DNA from: an uncultured bacterium
GTDB taxonomy: Bacteria > Bacillota > Clostridia > Oscillospirales > Acutalibacteraceae
Assembly (NCBI GenBank): GCA_949293385.1
Contig: CASFDQ010000130.1
Coordinates: forward strand, 1-42,932
DNA length: 42,932 bases
Reading direction: 5' to 3'
The notes beneath the pieces are model-generated. The model saw only the letters and a list, made by a program, of their open reading frames with translations, searched no databases and was not told where the DNA came from. The position numbers and the translations under genes were made by a program. Within the stretch, counting starts at the first letter, position 1; every line of letters begins with the position of its first letter. Below, piece after piece: positions 35,339 to 42,932 of this stretch.

Positions 35339-36215
35339 TTCTCTTTCTCCCCTTAAACTTGATATCAAGCTCGCTTAAAAGCGCGCCTAAAAGAATTAAA
35401 ACTGCGCCGATCTTGGCGAAATCGTCCATAGGCTGCGAAAGGATGATAGCCGAAAGAACGATCGCAAGAGCGGGATCGATATAGCTGAAAATAGCGGCGG
35501 TGGTTGCCGATACTCCCGAAAGAGAACCGAAATAAAGAAGGTAAGCGAGTCCCGTATGAACTACTCCTACGCAGATAAGAAGCGAAAGGCTGAGGGGCGT
35601 AAAGGCCTCCGCCTTTATGCTTTCGAAAATAAGACTGTATGGCAGGACCACGATCGCGGCTGAGGCAAGCTGAACCACCGTTTTGTTGTTAGCCGAGATA
35701 TCCTTAAGCTTTTTGTTCATAAGGATGACCGAAGCGTAAAGAAGGGCCGCCGAAAGTCCGAATATTATTCCGATAACGATCTCACCTTCGGGAAGCTCTC
35801 CGCCGATGATCCCCGAAACGAAGACCATTCCGACAAGAGCCAATATTATACTGAAGAGCTTTTTAAGGGTGAAACGCTCCTTTAAAACAAAGGGAGATGC
35901 AATCATAACAAAAACCGGTGCCATATAGTAGCAAAGGGTTCCTATCGGTACTCCTGCGAACCTATAAGATTCGAAAAGGAATATCCAGTTAAAGCCTATT
36001 GCGGCTCCCGAAATAACCAGAAGCCAAAAATTATTCTTTATTTCGGTCTTGGATATGGGCGACCTTGATAAAAGCGCGAAAAGAACAAGACAAGCCGCTC
36101 CTATTCCACCGCGCACGAAGGCGATAAATCCCGACGGCAGATCGATATAGTTTACGAAAATACCGATGGTGCCGAAAATGAGCATAGAGGTTATAAGCTT
36201 AAGCTTAGAGATCAT
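35325..36215 (-). CDS. DMT/EamA family transporter
   Basis: 10-TM two-repeat architecture. The start is probably MISKLK at 36215, overlapping the yfhO stop. Confidence 0.75.
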   Translation of the reverse strand: MISKLKLITSMLIFGTIGIFVNYIDLPSGFIAFVRGGIGAACLVLFALLSRSPISKTEIKNNFWLLVISGAAIGFNWIFLFESYRFAGVPIGTLCYYMAPVFVMIASPFVLKERFTLKKLFSIILALVGMVFVSGIIGGELPEGEIVIGIIFGLSAALLYASVILMNKKLKDISANNKTVVQLASAAIVVLPYSLIFESIKAEAFTPLSLSLLICVGVVHTGLAYLLYFGSLSGVSATTAAIFSYIDPALAIVLSAIILSQPMDDFAKIGAVLILLGALLSELDIKFKGRKRNEDI

Positions 36216-38751
36216 CGGGCATTTCCTCCGTCTCCTCGTCGCTTTCGTTGAAGATATCGTCAAAGGCTTCCTCTGTAAGGTAAGCCGCGGCCTCGCTTTC
36301 AAGCTCGTTTTCCCAGCGCGAAAGAAGCTCTTCACCTTCAGGATAGCTTAGGTCGGCGCCCTGCTTTTTGCGCAGGATAAAGCATACCGCAAGGTAGATA
36401 AGAAGTATTCCGAGGGCCGAAACCGAAACTATCATACCGACACCGAGTCCGGGGGTCTTATAGGTAAATACTATCTCGCTTTTTCCCGCTTCTACGGGTA
36501 CTGCCATAAAGCCGACGTTTACCTTTTCTATGGGAGCGGCCTTTCCGTTGACCGTAGCCGACCAGCCCTCGTCGTAGGGGATCGAGAAGAAAACAAGGTT
36601 AGCACGGTCCCGCTCAACCGTTGCGGTAAAGGAATTCTTACCCGTCTTAAAGGAGGTTGCGGCGGTTGCCTGACGCTTGTCGGATTCTGCTCTGACGTCG
36701 GTGTATGACATATTGTAGCCTGCGTACTCGTCGCTTATATAGTCGTCGCGATGGGTAAGGAGATGACGGTATTTGTCTATCTGTGCCTCGTCTAAAAGAA
36801 TTGCCCTGAGCATCTCTTTAGAACGTTCGCTTCCGCTCATATCCTCACAGTCGGCATAGGACATATAAGCATCGTAGGAGAAGCCGTAACCGATATAGTT
36901 CAGGTTTTCGTAAATCTCAAAGCCCGAAGCGTTATGAATATATTCATAACCGGGCATTTCGTTATTTCCGTTTTCGTCGGTAAAGGGATCTTCCGATTCC
37001 TGCTGAATAAGATACTTAACCGAAAGAAGGGGTCTTATAGCGTAGTGATCGGTGTCGGGACGGCTTGCCACGTCGCGGTTTATTCCTATAAACTCATAAA
37101 ACTCCATTATGGAGGAGGGTACTATAGAGTGAAAGGCGTTGATACTGGAATAACCTAAGAACATAGGGGTATTATCCATACAGGAATAGGTATCAATTCT
37201 GAAGGTGTCGGGGTCGCCTTCAAGGGCAAGATCTCCCTCTATGAGCTGATCTACGACGACCTCGTGGGTATAGGAATGGGACTTTCCTCCCGCTATGAAG
37301 AAATTGGTATAAAATATCGCCGCGACCATAGCCCAGAGGATAGAATGTTTAACGAATTTTTTGGTGTCGTTTCTGAATTTCTTAATAAGGACGAAGAGTA
37401 TGCAAAGGCAAACAAGAGCAACGGCGCAGGTTATCCAGAAGCGGCTTACATACATAAGGTTATTGGGTTCGGTAAAGAGACCGAATATAAGTCCGTCGTC
37501 GGTGGTCTGCGGGAAGAAGCCGACGATAAGGGTAATACCCATAGTTATTCCGAAGACCCACTTGAAGGGCTTATCGAAGGAGATGTCGGTCTGCTCTACG
37601 GCGATAGACGTGGCAAGGGCCATAAGCAGTATGGGCATATAGAACCAGCGTACGTAGTAAGCGTCGTTAAAGGCGTAAAAGGCCGAGTTTAAAACAGGAA
37701 CGAAGGCCATCACGGCGCAGGTTATAAGAACCCTTTTGAGCCAGCTCCCCTTTCGGGCGTGGACAAAAGCGAAAACTCCCACCATACTGAAAAGCGGTAG
37801 CCACGCTCCCAGTGACGACCATTTTACGTCGGCCTCGGGGAAGAATACGGGTCGGGCGGGAAGGTCGGGCGGGAAGAAGAATACCTCGAAAACGTTGGCA
37901 TAAATACTTTCCTTGCCGAAAAGAAGAGAGTTCCAGCCGAGGTCTATCTCGCTTATACGGGAGTTTCCCGAAATGGCAAGATAGGAAGGCAGAAGAACGA
38001 TACAGGCAAGGAGCATTCCGATTATCGCCTCAAAGAATACCGCAAAAAATACCGATGCGGTGGGCTTTATGGCGCGGCTTATAAGCCTTATCACAAAATA
38101 GATAACTCCGAATACCAGCATTCCGACGAAGAAGAAATAGTTCACCATGGCGCAGACCGCTACCGTTACCGCAAAAACGCCCCGTTTGTTTTCGGTCACG
38201 AGCATTTCGAAGGCAAGCAGCAGAAGCGGAAAGAATACTATCGCTTCGTGGAAATGATTGAAAAAGATATTGTAGATCGAGAAGCCCGAAAAGGCGTAAA
38301 GGAGAGCGCCGAGCTTGGCGGTATAGTCGTAGCGGGTAAAACGTCTTATAAATAAAAAGGCAGTGAGGGCGGCGCAGGCGAACTTTAAAATAAGAAGCGG
38401 TCCCATAAAATAAGGCACCCAGGAGTTCGGGAAGGGCAGGGTCAGCCAGAAAAAAGGACTCGTAATATTATAAAAGGTATAAGAGCCTATAAAGTTAGCG
38501 CCCAGATCGGTAGTAAAGCTCCAACCGATCTCTCCGTTTCTGATAGCCTCGTGACAAAGCTTATAGAAGGGTATCTGCTGAACGTTAAAGTCGCCGAAGA
38601 ACAAAAAATATCCTCCGTCGTATATCATAAAAGGCACGAAAAAGCAGGCGGCGCAGACAAGTGCGATAAAAAATACCGACCGCGCCTGCCCTTTTTCTTT
38701 ACCGAGCAGTCGTTTTTTTGCGACAGAATAGGTCAAAGCCGTTTCCTCCAT
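36205..38751 (-). CDS. yfhO: YfhO family membrane protein (GT-C-like glycosyltransferase)
   Basis: 848 aa. Many N-terminal TM helices, a large extracytoplasmic domain, a final TM helix and an acidic tail; this is the typical YfhO layout. Confidence 0.75.
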   Translation of the reverse strand: MEETALTYSVAKKRLLGKEKGQARSVFFIALVCAACFFVPFMIYDGGYFLFFGDFNVQQIPFYKLCHEAIRNGEIGWSFTTDLGANFIGSYTFYNITSPFFWLTLPFPNSWVPYFMGPLLILKFACAALTAFLFIRRFTRYDYTAKLGALLYAFSGFSIYNIFFNHFHEAIVFFPLLLLAFEMLVTENKRGVFAVTVAVCAMVNYFFFVGMLVFGVIYFVIRLISRAIKPTASVFFAVFFEAIIGMLLACIVLLPSYLAISGNSRISEIDLGWNSLLFGKESIYANVFEVFFFPPDLPARPVFFPEADVKWSSLGAWLPLFSMVGVFAFVHARKGSWLKRVLITCAVMAFVPVLNSAFYAFNDAYYVRWFYMPILLMALATSIAVEQTDISFDKPFKWVFGITMGITLIVGFFPQTTDDGLIFGLFTEPNNLMYVSRFWITCAVALVCLCILFVLIKKFRNDTKKFVKHSILWAMVAAIFYTNFFIAGGKSHSYTHEVVVDQLIEGDLALEGDPDTFRIDTYSCMDNTPMFLGYSSINAFHSIVPSSIMEFYEFIGINRDVASRPDTDHYAIRPLLSVKYLIQQESEDPFTDENGNNEMPGYEYIHNASGFEIYENLNYIGYGFSYDAYMSYADCEDMSGSERSKEMLRAILLDEAQIDKYRHLLTHRDDYISDEYAGYNMSYTDVRAESDKRQATAATSFKTGKNSFTATVERDRANLVFFSIPYDEGWSATVNGKAAPIEKVNVGFMAVPVEAGKSEIVFTYKTPGLGVGMIVSVSALGILLIYLAVCFILRKKQGADLSYPEGEELLSRWENELESEAAAYLTEEAFDDIFNESDEETEEMPDDL

Positions 38752-38819
38752 AAAAAAGATATTGATATTATATCATTAAATGGTATAATTATCAAGTAAA
38801 CAAATAAGGAGATTTTTAT

Positions 38820-39398
38820 ATGCCGAGTCATTTTTACGCCATTCTTTCCCGAATGAAAAACATAAACCGCTGGGGCCTTATGAGAAACACCCGTCAGGAG
38901 AATTTAAGCGAGCATTCCTTAGAGGTAGCCTTTATCGCTCACTGCCTTGCCCTTATCGGGAACAAGAGAATGGGAAAAAGCTACGACGCCGACAGAATTG
39001 CGGTCTGCGCCATGTTTCACGATACCTCCGAGATCATTACCGGCGATATGCCGACTCCGATAAAATACTATAACCCCGAAATCAAAGAGGCCTATAAAAA
39101 GATCGAGGCGGTGGCCGAGGAGGAGCTTATCTCTATGCTTCCCGAGGATTTAAGGGAAGAATTTTCGTCGGTCTATTCTCCCGACCCCGATGCCGAGCGT
39201 CTTATCAAAGCGGCCGATAAGCTTTCGGCCCTTATAAAATGTATCGAAGAGGTCAAAATGGGCAATTTGGAGTTTAAGGACGCCGAGATCTCAACGAGAG
39301 CCTCCATAGAAAGACTCGGCTGCCCCGAGGCCGACGCCTTTATGGCGGAATTTATCGACAGCTTCTATTTAACCCTCGACGAGCAAAGAAAAAACTGA
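38820..39398 (+). CDS. yfbR: HD-domain 5'-deoxynucleotidase, YfbR-like
   Basis: Motifs RW...NLSEHSLEVA and FHDTSEIITGDMPTPIK. Confidence 0.8.
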   Translation: MPSHFYAILSRMKNINRWGLMRNTRQENLSEHSLEVAFIAHCLALIGNKRMGKSYDADRIAVCAMFHDTSEIITGDMPTPIKYYNPEIKEAYKKIEAVAEEELISMLPEDLREEFSSVYSPDPDAERLIKAADKLSALIKCIEEVKMGNLEFKDAEISTRASIERLGCPEADAFMAEFIDSFYLTLDEQRKN

Positions 39399-39422
39399 TA
39401 CTTAAGGCGGTTGTGCTAGGGA

Positions 39423-39640
39423 TTTACGGAAAATGTTGTAGAGCGCGACGGTGCGATTTTGATCTCCGACGAGATTCCGCCTACGGCTATGCAAGCGACA
39501 ATGGGTCATCTTGAGCGTAAGTCGAACGCGTAGCGCGGCACCGTAGGTGACGAGATCTCATTGTCGCAAAATTTCGACCAGCTCAGAATGACCCGTCGGG
39601 GTAAGGCAGGTTTTTCCGTCGCGCCCTACGCTCGCCATCA
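39423..39640. repeat. Multi-hairpin intergenic repeat, copy G (inverted relative to copy A)
   Basis: See copy A. Internally closed by gtagagcgcgacgg (39438..39451) / ccgtcgcgccctac (39616..39629), 13 of 14 bp. An inner 9-bp helix gcgacaatg / cattgtcgc encloses cgcg/tag/cgcg and cacc/gta/ggtg. Confidence 0.8.
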
Positions 39641-39653
39641 ATTTTTCAAAAAA

Positions 39654-39687
39654 AGAGGATATGTATCAAGTTGGATACATATCCTCT
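39654..39687. terminator. Bidirectional terminator between the yfbR-like and EamA genes
   Basis: Perfect 14-bp stem agaggatatgtatc / gatacatatcctct with a 6-nt loop, flanked by A7 on the left and a T-rich run on the right. Confidence 0.8.
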
Positions 39688-39712
39688 AGTTTTATTCCCA
39701 ACCTTAACTACC

Positions 39713-40591
39713 TTAAAGGTCAGTTTTTTGTTTCTCCAAAAGAATTATTCCCGCTACTACGCCGAGCATACCGACGATGCCGGTAATTCCCGGATTTTCA
39801 CCGAAGGCCAAAAAGCCAACAACGGCGGCGACCACCGGCTCGATTATCGAAAGGACGGCCGCCTTGCCTGCCTCGGTTTTCGAAAGACCGTAGGTATAAA
39901 GCAGATAGGGCAGTATCGTACAAATAACCGATATTAAAGCTCCGAGAAGTATGTTTTCGGGGCGGTAAAAAAGAGGGATCACCTTGCCAATATTGCATAT
40001 TGGGATAGCTCCTGCCGACGCGAAGGCAAAGGTGTAGAAAATAACCGTAGTTGTGGAATATTTTCTTGTTGCGTACTTTCCGAAAATACTGTAAAGTCCG
40101 TAACCGAGACCCGAAAGCAGGCCGTAAACGAGGCCGATACTGCTGAGCCTGAGCGAAGAAGAAAGGCAGAGCACCGCGCAGGAAATAATGCATATCAAAA
40201 GGGCCAAAAGCTTACCGACAGTCAGCTTTTCTTTAAAAAGCAACGCCGAAAAGAGGGTTACCCATATCGGAGAGGTGTACATCAGCATACAGGCTACCGA
40301 AACCGAGTTTTCGCCGATAGAGGACATATAGCAGACGTTGAAAAAGAGAAAGCTTGCTATCCCCGTACCTAAAAACATCCAAAGATCTTTAAGCCTTATT
40401 TTAAGAAGGGAGCGGTCCTTTATAAGTATTACGAAGAACATTACGACGGTGGTGGTGACCGCCCTTACCGCAACTATCATGGGCGAGGAAAAGCCGTTTT
40501 CCTGCATAGGTCGGGTAAAAAGGCTTATACAGCCCCAAAGCACGGCCGCCGAGATTATGGAAAGGTCCTGCCTTTTTATAAATTTCGCCAT
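39713..40591 (-). CDS. DMT/EamA family transporter
   Basis: 292 aa, 10 TM, two EamA-like halves. Starts 3 nt after the RnfA-like stop. Confidence 0.75.
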   Translation of the reverse strand: MAKFIKRQDLSIISAAVLWGCISLFTRPMQENGFSSPMIVAVRAVTTTVVMFFVILIKDRSLLKIRLKDLWMFLGTGIASFLFFNVCYMSSIGENSVSVACMLMYTSPIWVTLFSALLFKEKLTVGKLLALLICIISCAVLCLSSSLRLSSIGLVYGLLSGLGYGLYSIFGKYATRKYSTTTVIFYTFAFASAGAIPICNIGKVIPLFYRPENILLGALISVICTILPYLLYTYGLSKTEAGKAAVLSIIEPVVAAVVGFLAFGENPGITGIVGMLGVVAGIILLEKQKTDL

Positions 40592-40594
40592 AGC

Positions 40595-41173
40595 TTAAAC
40601 TCCTGTAAAGCCCTGAAATGCCATAGAGATCAGAGCGGCGACGAGGAGGGTTACGGGAAGCCCTCTGAGTGAACGGGGAAGCTCCTCACTGTTTAAAACG
40701 CCGCGCAGAGACCAAAAGATCAAAGAAACCAAAAGAAATCCTATCATAGAGAACACCGCGTAAAGCAGAGCGGTAGCGTAATCCGAAACCGCGCTCGAAG
40801 AAAAGAGCTTAAGGCATATTCCGAGTACGAGTGCCGAGCAGGTCGTAACGGCTTTATAGCCGTTTAAGAAGCCGTAGACCGCGGGCAGGAAGAGCTTTGT
40901 AAGGGTAAAGGCGGCAAAAATAAGTCCGCAGATAACGAGAACGCAGATAAGCCCCGTCAGCACCTCGAGTCCAAGCAGAGGAAGGACCCATTTTATTACG
41001 GGGTAGGAAACGGCCGAGGATAAAAAGACGAGGACCGCCGTAATACCGCACCGTTTAAGTATTTCGGTAAAGGAGGGTGATTTGTCGGTGGCCTGCTCGA
41101 ACCCTAAAAGGGAAGAAAGCATAATATTGTCGGTCAAGACCGCGGCCGCGACTACCGAAAGGAATATACTCAT
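40595..41173 (-). CDS. RnfA/NqrE-like membrane subunit (Rnf-Nqr family), divergent
   Basis: 192 aa, 6 TM. The C-terminal LRGLPVTLLVAALISMAFQGFTG matches the RnfA C-terminus pattern, and a central VTTCSALVLG is present. ATGA overlap with the upstream gene. Confidence 0.6.
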   Translation of the reverse strand: MSIFLSVVAAAVLTDNIMLSSLLGFEQATDKSPSFTEILKRCGITAVLVFLSSAVSYPVIKWVLPLLGLEVLTGLICVLVICGLIFAAFTLTKLFLPAVYGFLNGYKAVTTCSALVLGICLKLFSSSAVSDYATALLYAVFSMIGFLLVSLIFWSLRGVLNSEELPRSLRGLPVTLLVAALISMAFQGFTGV

Positions 41174-41763
41174 TTCTGCTCCTCCTTTCGCTTTTTATTT
41201 TTGCCGACCGAAAGGCAGTAGACCGTAAGCAGGACTGCCGTCGTAAGAAGACCGCCCGCAGGGGTCTTTAAAAAGGCTATGGGGGTAAGATATTTCGAAT
41301 AGATATCGAAGCCTAAAAGGCTTCCGTTTCCGAAAAACTCCCTTATTAAAGAGGAAACTATCAAAAAGGCCGAACCTACCGCCGCCGATAATCCACAGCC
41401 CGAAATAAGTCCCGAAAGATCGGCGCTTATAACGAAATCGCTTCGGACGAGAAGTACCGCAGATACCGCCGCAATATTTACGTAGATGCCGAGGGCCGCA
41501 ATATCCTCCTTAAAGAATATACCGAGCAGGGTCGCCGAAATTCCTACGACTCCGACCGAAATAATAAGTCGGGCAAAGGGGGCGGTCTTTTCGGTTAAAA
41601 GGGCTTTTAGGGCGAATACCGCAAGGGAGGAAATAATAAGAGCTAAAACGGTTATGACCGAAATGAGAAGTCCCGTTTTAACCGAAGCGGATACCGCAAC
41701 AAGGGGCAGAACAGCCAGAACCCAGTTTTCATAAAGTTGCTTTTCTCTTAAAAGGTCAAGCAT
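41170..41763 (-). CDS. RnfE/NqrD-like membrane subunit (Rnf-Nqr family), divergent
   Basis: 197 aa, 6 TM. LGIYVNIAAVSAVLLVRS and SSLIREFFGNGSLLG align by eye with the RnfE segments LGIF.PLI.VNC.ILGR and IRE..G.G. Overlaps the rnfD-like stop by 8 nt. Confidence 0.55.
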   Translation of the reverse strand: MLDLLREKQLYENWVLAVLPLVAVSASVKTGLLISVITVLALIISSLAVFALKALLTEKTAPFARLIISVGVVGISATLLGIFFKEDIAALGIYVNIAAVSAVLLVRSDFVISADLSGLISGCGLSAAVGSAFLIVSSLIREFFGNGSLLGFDIYSKYLTPIAFLKTPAGGLLTTAVLLTVYCLSVGKNKKRKEEQK

Positions 41764-42679
41764 TTTCTTCCTCCTTTCTTACGGCGAGCATCCTTCCGAA
41801 AGGAACCGTAGGCAGATAGCGGTCTATAGCGGGAACCGCAAGATTCATAAGAATAATACTATAGGAGACGCCTTCGGGCATACCTCCGAAAATACGGAAG
41901 AACATGGTCAAAAGGCCGCAGCCAATACCGAAAACGAGCTGACCTACGGGGGTCACGGGGCTCGTGGTATAATCGGTTGCCATAAATATCGCCCCGAGAA
42001 GTATTCCGCCTGAGCAGACCTCGGTCAAAGGAGCCCGTCCCGCAATAAGGGAAACGAGCATAACGGTAAGAATAAAGGAAAGAGGAATATGCAGGGTTAT
42101 TACCTTTCTTAAAACCAGATAGGCACCCCCGAAAAGCAGCATGACCTCCGAGGTCTCGCCGATGGTACCGCTGCAGACCCCGAAGAAAAGCTCTTTAAAT
42201 ATGTAATTGCCGCCCGAAAGCGGGGTAGCCGCAGCCACTAGGTCGGTAAAGGGCTCGTAATAGGTCGACATGGCGGTACCGAAGGACAAAAGCATAAAAA
42301 CTCTTGCCGCCGCGGCAGGGTTTAAAAGATTTTTTCCGATTCCGCCGAAAAGGATCTTTATAACGACGATCGCAAAAGCCGAGCCGACAGCCGCCATATA
42401 AAAAGGTATTCTCGGAGGAAGGTTAAGGGCCAGAATAAGACCCGTTACCGCCGCCGAAAGATCCCAAGCGGTAACCGGCTTTTTAAGAATGTAGCAGAAA
42501 AGAGCCTCGGACAAAACGGCAGAGGCTACCGAAACGGCAACGACCAATAAAGCCCTGAAGCCGAAGATAGAAACGCCGAAAAGGGTTACGGGAGAAAGAG
42601 CGACGATAAGGTCGAACATGATCCGCCTTGTGCTTTCGGCGGCTTTTATATGAGGAGAGATAGCGGTAATAAGTTCCAT
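41756..42679 (-). CDS. RnfD/NqrB-like membrane subunit
   Basis: N-terminal SPHI, FGGIGKNLLNPAAAARVF, GTIGETSEV and FMATDYTTSP motifs typical of RnfD/NqrB. ATG at 42679 behind GGAGGTG. Confidence 0.75.
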   Translation of the reverse strand: MELITAISPHIKAAESTRRIMFDLIVALSPVTLFGVSIFGFRALLVVAVSVASAVLSEALFCYILKKPVTAWDLSAAVTGLILALNLPPRIPFYMAAVGSAFAIVVIKILFGGIGKNLLNPAAAARVFMLLSFGTAMSTYYEPFTDLVAAATPLSGGNYIFKELFFGVCSGTIGETSEVMLLFGGAYLVLRKVITLHIPLSFILTVMLVSLIAGRAPLTEVCSGGILLGAIFMATDYTTSPVTPVGQLVFGIGCGLLTMFFRIFGGMPEGVSYSIILMNLAVPAIDRYLPTVPFGRMLAVRKEEENA

Positions 42680-42706
42680 TAAGCACCTCCGCAAAATATT
42701 TATAAC

Positions 42707-42735
42707 ATTTTACCATATTTTGTCGGATATTACAA
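42707..42735 (-). promoter_or_regulatory. SigA-type promoter of the rnfDEA-like operon
   Basis: On the minus strand: TTGTAA, 17 nt spacer, TGGTAAAAT (extended -10). Confidence 0.55.
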
Positions 42736-42796
42736 GTACGGAATGCTTAATACGAGACCCTGTCGAAAAGATTTTTAATTTTTTTCAAAAAAAGGG

Positions 42797-42825
42797 TTGC
42801 AAAACGCTTTAGTTTGTGGTATTAT
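42797..42825 (+). promoter_or_regulatory. Promoter of tRNA-fMet
   Basis: TTGCAA, 17 nt spacer, TATTAT. It lies about 30 nt upstream of the tRNA 5' end. Confidence 0.5.
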
Positions 42826-42855
42826 AATTTGGCACCCGTAAGGGACGCGACATAT

Positions 42856-42932
<77 letters not shown>

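Overview
This is a chromosomal segment from a Gram-positive anaerobe, probably Bacillota/Clostridia-like. Supporting signs are a SpoVT-type fragment, ymdB, yloU-yloV-recG synteny, an LPXTG-type sorting signal and GGAGG ribosome-binding sites. I count about 38 protein genes or gene remnants and one tRNA (initiator tRNA-Met, flush with the right edge). I found no rRNA, CRISPR, cas genes, transposase, integrase or phage genes. The left half (0.2-22 kb) is an accessory, carbohydrate-oriented region. It holds a GH5 enzyme, a GH51 arabinofuranosidase, a GH28-like remnant, two uncharacterised TIM-barrel-like proteins, two Gfo/Idh/MocA oxidoreductases, a SIS-domain protein and four AraC regulators. 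Decayed genes are interspersed: a SpoVT N-terminal fragment, a frameshifted 2-hydroxyacid dehydrogenase, and a surface protein with three lesions. The right half is mostly housekeeping: yhhQ, upp-pyrP, ymdB, asp23-yloV-recG, yfhO and a yfbR-like gene. It ends in an unusual RnfD/RnfE/RnfA-like membrane-only operon fused to a DMT transporter. The most unusual signal is non-coding. Six intergenic regions (1-170, 11.36-11.61 kb, 14.78-14.95 kb, 17.77-18.14 kb, 25.86-26.19 kb, 39.42-39.64 kb) are packed with back-to-back mini-hairpins that have 3-5 nt loops. Some hairpins are separated by constant short motifs (GTGATAT, AAAYGATGTT), and some arrays are closed by long-range helices. The loci share sequence modules, including a 95-nt block that is 92/95 identical between two loci and a ~170-nt block present as inverted copies 39 kb apart. 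This looks like an undescribed dispersed structured repeat or ncRNA family. All calls come from reading the sequence and the ORF track by eye; no database search was run.
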